The translations under genes and the position numbers were made by a program. Shown one piece after another: positions 19,145-25,811 of a DNA stretch of 25,811 nt. The DNA comes from a virus. Taxonomy: Duplodnaviria; Heunggongvirae; Uroviricota; Caudoviricetes. Positions within the stretch are counted from its first letter, which is position 1. Every line of letters starts with the position of its first letter. The stretch is from the IMG/VR virus record IMGVR_UViG_2778261502_000009, one strand, 5' to 3'. The notes under the pieces were generated by a model. It did not search any database. It was not told where the DNA came from and saw only the letters and a list, made by a program, of their open reading frames with translations.

Positions 19145-19358
19145 TGTTCAATCGCCCCGCCCGCTTCGTCTTACGATATTCGTCATAAACTTTGGGATCA
19201 TACTGAAGCTCCCCGCCAGATGCCTCCTGTAGACGCATCGCGCGACCTTCAGGAACCAGTATCCCCCAAGCAGCAACACTTGCCAGTCTCACTCCTGCGG
19301 CATTGGCAAGCTTTGTTTTGCTGCCAAAAAAAGTAATTGCGTCAGCTTTAAGCATCAA
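19128..19358 (-). CDS. dicC: Cro-like repressor DicC
   Basis: 76 aa; ...LVPEGRAMRLQEASGGELQYDPKVYDEYRKTKRAGRLNNENHS matches my recollection of K-12 DicC. Divergent from dicA. Confidence 0.8.
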   Translation of the reverse strand: MMLKADAITFFGSKTKLANAAGVRLASVAAWGILVPEGRAMRLQEASGGELQYDPKVYDEYRKTKRAGRLNNENHS

Positions 19359-19368
19359 AGCCTCCTAT

Positions 19369-19386
19369 TGTTAGACTTTTCTAACA
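19369..19386. promoter_or_regulatory. Operator palindrome TGTTAG-N6-CTAACA in the dicC/dicA intergenic region
   Basis: tgttagacttttctaaca read directly; a second perfect copy lies at 19880..19897. Confidence 0.65.
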
Positions 19387-19435
19387 TTATTGTGCGCGGG
19401 ATACCTAAGTCAAGAAAAATTAGAATTACCTAACT

Positions 19436-19843
19436 ATGGATACAAGAACCCTAGGCCAGCGAGTTCTGGCGCGACGAAAAGAATTACGCTTAACACAACG
19501 AGAAGCTGCGCGCCTCGCTGGGGTTGCTCACGTCACAATTTCACAATGGGAAAGAGACGAAACCCAGCCAGTCGGAAAACGATTGTTTGCTTTAGCGGAT
19601 GCTCTGAAGTGCTCACCTACATGGCTAATGTTTGGTGACGAAGACAAGGCACCAGTGCCGGCACAAGAACTTCATGTGGAAACAGAGCTAACTCCCAACC
19701 ACAAAGAATTGATCGAATTATTCGATGCTCTTCCATCTTCCGAGCAGGAAGCCTTGCTGTCTGAAATGCGCGCAAGAGTAGAAAACTTCAACAAACTCTT
19801 CGAAGAAATGCTTAAAGCGCGTAAAAATAAATCAATAAAATAA
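19436..19843 (+). CDS. dicA: cI-like HTH repressor DicA
   Basis: 135 aa. XRE-type HTH (LTQREAARLAGVAHVTISQWERDETQP); C-terminal ...EMRARVENFNKLFEEMLKARK resembles K-12 DicA. Confidence 0.8.
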   Translation: MDTRTLGQRVLARRKELRLTQREAARLAGVAHVTISQWERDETQPVGKRLFALADALKCSPTWLMFGDEDKAPVPAQELHVETELTPNHKELIELFDALPSSEQEALLSEMRARVENFNKLFEEMLKARKNKSIK

Positions 19844-19879
19844 CATTCTTTTCAAGTGATTAGTTGCGCCCACTCTTTT

Positions 19880-19897
19880 TGTTAGACTAATCTAACA
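19880..19897. promoter_or_regulatory. Second operator palindrome TGTTAG-N6-CTAACA upstream of ydfA (dicB operon promoter region)
   Basis: tgttagactaatctaaca read directly; a degenerate third copy tgttaggttattctaa lies at 19916..19931. Confidence 0.65.
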
Positions 19898-20011
19898 AAA
19901 AACACTTGCCTCTTATGTTAGGTTATTCTAAATTACTTTCCATCAAGACACCGCACGGTGTTCTCAGCAAACAGTTCCGCTACCCCGGCGTTAAGGGGAA
20001 ATGAGGTCAGC

Positions 20012-20167
20012 ATGGATACTATCGATCTTGGCAACAGCGAATCTCTGGTATGTGGCGTGTTCCCCAACCAGGACGGCACGTTCACCGCGATGACGTATAC
20101 CAAAAGCAAAACGTTTAAAACCGAAAATGGTGCCCGTCGCTGGCTGGAAAGAAACTCAGGTGAGTGA
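20012..20167 (+). CDS. ydfA: YdfA-like small protein
   Basis: MDTIDLGNSESLVCGVFPNQDGTFTAMTYTKSKTFKTENGARRWLERNSGE from ATG 20012 (GAGG 4-5 nt upstream); part of track ORF 19958..20167. Confidence 0.75.
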   Translation: MDTIDLGNSESLVCGVFPNQDGTFTAMTYTKSKTFKTENGARRWLERNSGE

Positions 20168-20168
20168 T

Positions 20169-20744
20169 ATGGATTTCGACACAATCATGGAAAAGGCTTA
20201 CGAAGAATACTTCGAAGGCCTTGCCGAAGGCGAAGAAGCTCTCAGCTTCAGTGAGTTTAAACAGGCACTCAGAATAAGAATGTGCTCTCACAATGACGCG
20301 GAGCACAAATATGAGAAGCAAACTCAGACCGCAGAAAATTTTGTTCTGGAACCCGGAGAAACGCTTTTCAAAATTCCCGTTACGTGCCCCATTTGCGGTT
20401 TTACATCAGAAGAACTTGACGACTCCTGTAACAATCAGGAAACAACCAAGTATGTCGAAGATGATACTGAGTGCGCACGAAGAACGATTATATCCACGAG
20501 TCCAAACTCCAGGATCAATAAATCTCACTTTGAGAGGGTGATTAATCCACTCCCCCAAACCAATAAAAAAGATGCCGGAGGACAAAAAACCCAATGGAAC
20601 AACGGGATATCTGTCAAAAAAAGACGTTCCATTAAAGACAAACAACGCAGCGCCAACAACTGTAAGCGCTTTATACCAGTAATCAATTTTCATGTTCTTA
20701 AGCGGATTTATTGGTGGTTGCGACATTGCTTAATGAATCCTTAA
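20169..20744 (+). CDS. Hypothetical protein (191 aa) in the ydfB/ydfC position
   Basis: ATG 20169 lies 1 nt after the ydfA stop. N-terminal MDFDTIMEKAYEEYFEGLAEGEE... resembles K-12 YdfB from memory, but the ORF continues for 191 aa and has one CPICG motif. Confidence 0.5.
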   Translation: MDFDTIMEKAYEEYFEGLAEGEEALSFSEFKQALRIRMCSHNDAEHKYEKQTQTAENFVLEPGETLFKIPVTCPICGFTSEELDDSCNNQETTKYVEDDTECARRTIISTSPNSRINKSHFERVINPLPQTNKKDAGGQKTQWNNGISVKKRRSIKDKQRSANNCKRFIPVINFHVLKRIYWWLRHCLMNP

Positions 20745-21003
20745 AACTGTGGTGATTTTAAGGATACCACCTCGCCTGACGTGGTTAAAAGCAGGCACAC
20801 AACACGAAAGCGCACGGCGAAGTTCGTCTCACTGTACGGTGTCGTTAAATTTAATTCGACCGTGCGCTTCCGGTTGTGGCAACCCGCAAAATGGCGCGGC
20901 GGTAAGTATGGCGGGGTTATTCCTTCCCCGTTGAGGACACCGAGTTGTCAGGTTGACCATACGCTTAAGTGACAACCCCGCTGCAACGCCCTCTGTTATC
21001 AAT

Positions 21004-21061
21004 TTTCTGGTGACGTTTGGCGGTATCAGTTTTACTCCGTGACTGCTCTGCCGCCGTTTTT
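21004..21061 (+). ncRNA. dicF: DicF small RNA (ftsZ-targeting), ending in an intrinsic terminator
   Basis: tttctggtgacgtttggcggtatcagttttactccgtgactgctctgccgccgttttt matches the DicF sequence as I remember it. GGCGG...CCGCC stem followed by a T-run. Located between the ydfB/C-like gene and dicB. Confidence 0.65.
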
Positions 21062-21230
21062 AAAGTGAATTTTGTGATGCGGTGAATGCGGCTAAGCGCA
21101 CGCGGAACAGTTAAAACCAAAAACAGTGTTATGGGTGGATTCTCTGTATCCGACGTTAATTGTTAACTGGTTAACGTCACCTGGAGGCACCAGGCACTGC
21201 ATCACAAAATTCATTGTTGAGGACGCGATA

Positions 21231-21419
21231 ATGAAAACGTTATTACCAAACGTTAATACGTCTGAAGGTTGTTTTGAAATTGGTGTCACTATCAGTAACC
21301 CTGTATTTACTGAAGATGCCATTAACAAGAGAAAACAAGAACGGGAGCTATTAAATAAAATATGCATTGTTTCAATGCTGGCTCGTTTACGTCTGATGCC
21401 AAAAGGATGTGCACAATGA
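21231..21419 (+). CDS. dicB: Cell-division inhibitor DicB
   Basis: MKTLLPNVNTSEGCFEIGVTISNPVFTEDAINKRKQERELLNKICIVSMLARLRLMPKGCAQ (62 aa). GAGGA lies 8 nt upstream of ATG 21231. Part of track ORF 21126..21419. Confidence 0.85.
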   Translation: MKTLLPNVNTSEGCFEIGVTISNPVFTEDAINKRKQERELLNKICIVSMLARLRLMPKGCAQ

Positions 21420-21607
21420 ATTCAGCATTTGCGCTTGTTCTGACAGTTTTTCTTGTTTCCGGAGTGCCAGTTGATATTGCAGTCAGTGTTCACAGGACAA
21501 TGCAGGAGTGTATGACTGCAGCAACCGAACAGAAAATTCCCGGTAACTGTTACCCGGTCGATAAAGTTATTCACCAGGATAATATCGAAATCCCGGCAGG
21601 TCTTTAA
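21416..21607 (+). CDS. ydfD: YdfD-like small membrane protein (reported lysis-inducing protein)
   Basis: MNSAFALVLTVFLVSGVPVDIAVSVHRTMQECMTAATEQKIPGNCYPVDKVIHQDNIEIPAGL. ATG 21416 overlaps the dicB stop (ATGA). Confidence 0.75.
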   Translation: MNSAFALVLTVFLVSGVPVDIAVSVHRTMQECMTAATEQKIPGNCYPVDKVIHQDNIEIPAGL

Positions 21608-21700
21608 AACAGTTCCGTAATAAATATCCGGTTTCATTCTTATATGCCAGCAATGGCAGGGATTTGTTCATCCTTAAATCTGTCATGAGGTTAAAACAAA

Positions 21701-24172
21701 ATGAGTAAAGTCTTTATTTGCGCCGCTATTCCTGACGAACTGGCAACAAGGGAAGAAGGCGCTGTGGCTGTAGCCACAGCCATTGAAGCTGGCGACGAAC
21801 GCCGTGCTCGAGCAAAATTTCACTGGCAATTCCTGGAACATTATCCGGCTGCTCAGGACTGCGCTTATAAATTTATTGTCTGCGAGGATAAACCTGGCAT
21901 ACCCCGCCCTGCCCTCGATTCATGGGATGCTGAATATATGCAGGAAAACCGCTGGGATGAGGAGTCTGCTTCTTTTGTCCCGGTTGAGACTGAATCCGAT
22001 CCGATGAACGTCACTTTTGACAAGCTGGCCCCTGAAGTACAGAACGCTGTCATGGTTAAGTTCGACACATGTGAAAACATCACCGTTGATATGGTGATTA
22101 GCGCACAGGAATTGTTGCAGGAAGACATGGCAACATTCGACGGACATATCGTTGAAGCGTTGATGAAAATGCCAGAAGTTAACGCCATGTATCCGGAGCT
22201 TAAGTTGCACGCCATTGGGTGGGTTAAGCATAAATGTATTCCTGGTGCTAAATGGCCCGAAATTCAGGCAGAGATGCGCATCTGGAAAAAACGTCGCGAA
22301 GGTGAACGCAAGGAAACCGGAAAATACACGTCTGTTGTTGATCTCGCCCGCGCCAGAGCCAATCAACAGTACACTGAAAATTCAACAGGAAAAATCAGCC
22401 CGGTCATTGCTGCCATTCATCGCGAATACAAGCAGACATGGAAAACACTGGATGACGAACTGGCCTACGCTCTCTGGCCTGGTGATGTGGATGCCGGAAA
22501 CATTGACGGCAGCATCCATCGCTGGGCAAAAAAAGAAGTTATCGACAACGACCGCGAAGACTGGAAGCGTATCTCGGCATCAATGCGCAAACAGCCTGAT
22601 GCCCTTCGCTACGACCGCCAAACTATTTTTGGCCTTGTCCGTGAGCGTCCGATCGACATTCACAAAGATCCCGTAGCACTGAACAAATATACCTGCGAAT
22701 ACCTGACGACAAAGGGCGTGTTTGAGAATGAAGAAACAGACCTGGGCACTGTTGATGTTCTCCAGTCATCAGAAACACAAACTGATGCAGTGGAAACTGA
22801 GGTATCTGATATCCCAAAAAATGAAACCGCGCCGGAAGCTGAACCATCTGTAGAGCGTGAGGGGCCGTTCTATTTCCTCTTCGCAGATAAGGACGGAGAA
22901 AAATACGGTCGCGCAAACAAACTTTCTGGTCTGGATAAGGCACTGGCTGCTGGCGCCACTGAAATCACAAAAGAAGAATATTTTGCCCGAAAAAATGGCA
23001 CATACACGGGCTTACCGCAAAATGTAGATACTGCTGAAGATTCAGAACAACCAGAGCCGATAAAAGTTACCGCTGACGAAGTAAACAAAATTATGCAGGC
23101 AGCCAATATCAGCCAGCCTGACGCCGATAAGTTGCTTGCTGCATCACGTGGTGAATTTGTTGAAGGGATTAGTGACCCGAATGATCCGAAATGGGTTAAG
23201 GGGATCCAGACCCGCGATTCTGTGAACCAGAACCAGCATGAATCGGAACGGAACTACCAAAAAGCGGAACAAAACAGTCCAAATGCGTTACAAAACGAGC
23301 CAGAAACGAAACAGCCTGAACCAGTGGCGCACCAGGAAGTGGAAAAAGCCTGCACCGCCTGCGGTCAGACCGGCGGCGGCAACTGCCCTGATTGTGGCGC
23401 GGTGATGGGCGACGCAACATACCAGGAAACATTCGATGAAGAGTATCAGGTTGAAGTTCAGGAAGATGATCCGGAGGAAATGGAAGGCGCTGAACATCCA
23501 CACAAGGAGAACACTGGCGGCAATCAGCATCACAATAGCGATAATGAAACTGGCGAGACGGCAGATCACCCAATTAAGGTGAACGGTCATCACGAAATCA
23601 CATCCACCAGCAGGACGTGTGACCATCTAATGATCGACCTTGAAACCATGGGAAAAAATCCTGATGCCCCGATCATCTCAATAGGTGCAATATTTTTCGA
23701 TCCGCAAACCGGAGATATGGGACCGGAATTTAGTAAGACTATCGATCTGGAAACTGCTGGCGGAGTCATTGATCGGGACACCATTAAATGGTGGCTTAAG
23801 CAATCACGCGAAGCGCAATCTGCCATTATGACCGATGAAATCCCGTTAGATGATGCACTGTTACAATTGCGGGAATTTATCGACGAAAACTCCGGTGAAT
23901 TTTTTGTTCAGGTTTGGGGAAATGGAGCCAACTTCGACAACACGATTTTGCGCCGTTCATACGAACGGCAGGGGATCCCCTGCCCGTGGCGTTACTACAA
24001 CGATCGCGATGTACGCACAATCGTTGAGCTGGGGAAAGCCATAGACTTCGATGCCAGAACGGCTATTCCATTCGAAGGTGAGCGCCATAATGCACTTGAT
24101 GACGCCCGTTACCAGGCAAAATACGTTTCAGTTATCTGGCAAAAACTGATCCCGAGTCAGGCTGATTCTTAA
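21701..24172 (+). CDS. Large acidic protein with a C-terminal DEDDh (DnaQ-like) 3'-5' exonuclease domain (YdfE-like position)
   Basis: 823 aa. Exo motifs [21 protein letters not shown] and [13 protein letters not shown] in the last ~190 aa. Upstream zinc ribbon [16 protein letters not shown]. The N-terminal ~600 aa have no recognisable family. Confidence 0.65.
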   Translation: MSKVFICAAIPDELATREEGAVAVATAIEAGDERRARAKFHWQFLEHYPAAQDCAYKFIVCEDKPGIPRPALDSWDAEYMQENRWDEESASFVPVETESDPMNVTFDKLAPEVQNAVMVKFDTCENITVDMVISAQELLQEDMATFDGHIVEALMKMPEVNAMYPELKLHAIGWVKHKCIPGAKWPEIQAEMRIWKKRREGERKETGKYTSVVDLARARANQQYTENSTGKISPVIAAIHREYKQTWKTLDDELAYALWPGDVDAGNIDGSIHRWAKKEVIDNDREDWKRISASMRKQPDALRYDRQTIFGLVRERPIDIHKDPVALNKYTCEYLTTKGVFENEETDLGTVDVLQSSETQTDAVETEVSDIPKNETAPEAEPSVEREGPFYFLFADKDGEKYGRANKLSGLDKALAAGATEITKEEYFARKNGTYTGLPQNVDTAEDSEQPEPIKVTADEVNKIMQAANISQPDADKLLAASRGEFVEGISDPNDPKWVKGIQTRDSVNQNQHESERNYQKAEQNSPNALQNEPETKQPEPVAHQEVEKACTACGQTGGGNCPDCGAVMGDATYQETFDEEYQVEVQEDDPEEMEGAEHPHKENTGGNQHHNSDNETGETADHPIKVNGHHEITSTSRTCDHLMIDLETMGKNPDAPIISIGAIFFDPQTGDMGPEFSKTIDLETAGGVIDRDTIKWWLKQSREAQSAIMTDEIPLDDALLQLREFIDENSGEFFVQVWGNGANFDNTILRRSYERQGIPCPWRYYNDRDVRTIVELGKAIDFDARTAIPFEGERHNALDDARYQAKYVSVIWQKLIPSQADS

Positions 24173-24244
24173 TGTTCAACTGTCGCCGGTTGTGACTGGT
24201 ATTCTGCAACCGGCGCTCGTCTGATGTAAGAGATAAAGAAATCG

Positions 24245-24496
24245 ATGAGCGAAGTAATCATGATTGTCTCTCCCGGCAAATGGGTATCCGAAGAGCAGTT
24301 AATTGCGCTGAAAGGAATAAAAAAAGGTACGTTAAAAAAGGCCCGGGAAAAATCGTTTATGGAAGGAAGGGAATATAAGCATGTCGCTCATGACGGTATG
24401 CCATGGGATAACAGTCCATGCTTTTACAACCTGGAAGAAATTGATCGCTGGATTGAGCGCCAGGCATCAGCGAGACCAAGACGTCATCTTACTTGA
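24245..24496 (+). CDS. Excisionase-like small protein
   Basis: 83-aa ORF immediately upstream of the integrase; small and basic. Family assignment is by position plus general resemblance only. Confidence 0.5.
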   Translation: MSEVIMIVSPGKWVSEEQLIALKGIKKGTLKKAREKSFMEGREYKHVAHDGMPWDNSPCFYNLEEIDRWIERQASARPRRHLT

Positions 24497-24530
24497 CTAA
24501 AAGCCACACTAACTAATGAGAGAAGTTGAA

Positions 24531-25811
24531 ATGAAATATCCGACAGGCGTGGAAAACCATGGAGGGAAATTACGTATCTGGTTTGTTTATAAAGGCGTAA
24601 GAGTCAGGGAAAATCTGGGGGTTCCTGACACAGCAAAAAACAGGCGCGTTGCAGGTGAACTACGCTCCTCTGTTTGTTACGCAATAAAAACTGGTGTTTT
24701 CGACTATGCAAAACAGTTTCCCTCCTCACGCAATCTGGAAAAATTTGGTGAGGCCCGACAAGATTTAACCATAAAAGAACTGGCTGAAAAATTTCTGGCA
24801 CTGAAAGAAACTGAAGTCGCCAAAACATCACTCAACACATACCGTGCCGTCATCAAAAATATCCTGAGCATAATCGGTGAAAAAAATCTTGCCTCATCGA
24901 TTAATAAAGAAAAATTACTGGAGGTTCGTAAAGAGCTACTGACTGGATACCAGATCCCCAAAAGTAACTATATTGTTACACAACCAGGGAGATCGGCTGT
25001 AACTGTAAATAATTACATGACAAATCTTAACGCCGTGTTCCAGTTTGGTGTTGATAACGGTTACCTGGCAGATAATCCGTTTAAGGGGATCTCGCCATTA
25101 AAGGAATCAAGAACCATTCCGGATCCTCTTTCGCGGGAGGAATTTATCCGTCTTATCGATGCGTGCAGAAATCAGCAAGCAAAAAATTTATGGTGTGTTT
25201 CTGTTTATACTGGCATTCGCCCTGGTGAGCTGTGTGCACTTGGATGGGAGGACATAGATCTGAAAAATGGAACAATGATGATCAGGAGAAATTTAGCAAA
25301 AGACCGTTTCACGGTACCAAAAACACAGGCGGGAACCAATCGGGTCATTCATCTTATTAAGCCAGCAATCGACGCTCTCCGGAGTCAGATGACATTAACG
25401 AGACTGAGCAAAGAGCATATCATTGATGTTCACCTCAGAGAGTATGGCAGAACAGAAAAACAAAAATGCACCTTTGTTTTTCAACCTGAAGTGTCAGCGA
25501 GAGTAAAAAATTATGGTGACCATTTTACCGTTGACTCAATAAGGCAGATGTGGGACGCAGCGATAAAACGTGCCGGACTCCGCCATCGAAAATCATATCA
25601 GTCGAGACATACTTATGCCTGCTGGTCGCTGACAGCTGGTGCTAACCCGGCATTTATAGCAAACCAGATGGGCCATGCAGATGCGCAAATGGTATTTCAG
25701 GTATACGGAAAATGGATGTCTGAAAACAATAATGCACAGGTAGCTTTGTTAAATACACAGTTAAGCGAGTTTGCCCCAACCATGCCCCATAACGAAGCAA
25801 TGAAAAATTAA
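24531..25811 (+). CDS. Tyrosine recombinase (phage integrase)
   Basis: ORF 24516..25811. N-terminal arm-binding-like GVENHGGKLRIWFVYKGV. C-terminal catalytic region with R...HxxR...Y pattern (SRHTYACWSL, HADAQMVFQVYGKW). Stop is the last codon of the window. Confidence 0.85.
   Translation: MKYPTGVENHGGKLRIWFVYKGVRVRENLGVPDTAKNRRVAGELRSSVCYAIKTGVFDYAKQFPSSRNLEKFGEARQDLTIKELAEKFLALKETEVAKTSLNTYRAVIKNILSIIGEKNLASSINKEKLLEVRKELLTGYQIPKSNYIVTQPGRSAVTVNNYMTNLNAVFQFGVDNGYLADNPFKGISPLKESRTIPDPLSREEFIRLIDACRNQQAKNLWCVSVYTGIRPGELCALGWEDIDLKNGTMMIRRNLAKDRFTVPKTQAGTNRVIHLIKPAIDALRSQMTLTRLSKEHIIDVHLREYGRTEKQKCTFVFQPEVSARVKNYGDHFTVDSIRQMWDAAIKRAGLRHRKSYQSRHTYACWSLTAGANPAFIANQMGHADAQMVFQVYGKWMSENNNAQVALLNTQLSEFAPTMPHNEAMKN

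Noticed and set aside
20749-20972. Track ORFs 20749..20934 and 20781..20972 between the ydfB/C-like gene and dicB
   Set aside because: No SD, Arg/Cys-rich low-complexity translations, and the region is better explained as the structured dicF precursor.
21783-23826. Numerous ORFs inside or antisense to the 823-aa gene (e.g. 21920..22366, 22215..22676, 23288..23626)
   Set aside because: Contained within the large, motif-supported plus-strand gene.
24185-24215. Inverted repeat CGCCGGTTG...CAACCGGCG after the exonuclease gene as an intrinsic terminator
   Set aside because: A 9-bp stem is present but no U-run follows on either strand; it may be a protein-binding or RNA-stability element, left uncalled.

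Overview
This window is most of a defective phage-21/Qin-like lambdoid prophage from an enterobacterial (E. coli/Shigella-type) genome, read right-to-left from the integrase. All calls below come from reading the ORF translations and the DNA by eye; no database search was run, and family names rest on motif recognition and recalled similarity to E. coli K-12 Qin and phage lambda/21 proteins. Gene order from the right end: integrase, excisionase-like gene, an 823-aa protein with a C-terminal DEDDh 3'-5' exonuclease domain, the ydfD–dicB–dicF–ydfA operon under the DicA/DicC switch, a replication initiator with an internal iteron origin, hokD, Q antiterminator, cold-shock genes (cspF, cspB, cspI), a pinholin/SAR-endolysin/spanin lysis cassette, a lambda-like cos site, terminase small and large subunits, gpW-like protein, portal, then a prohead-protease gene cut off after about 54 codons and joined to a 5'-truncated tail fibre and the start of tfa. 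Head and tail-shaft genes are therefore missing. The best candidate for an undescribed system is an AT-rich single-gene insertion (15409..16896) encoding a 495-aa P-loop NTPase of no family I can name, sitting where K-12 Qin carries relBE; I propose it as a possible anti-phage or abortive-infection gene. Other points worth checking are the iteron origin, a gnsB copy with a 1-nt frameshift, unannotated small ORFs, and the large exonuclease fusion protein.
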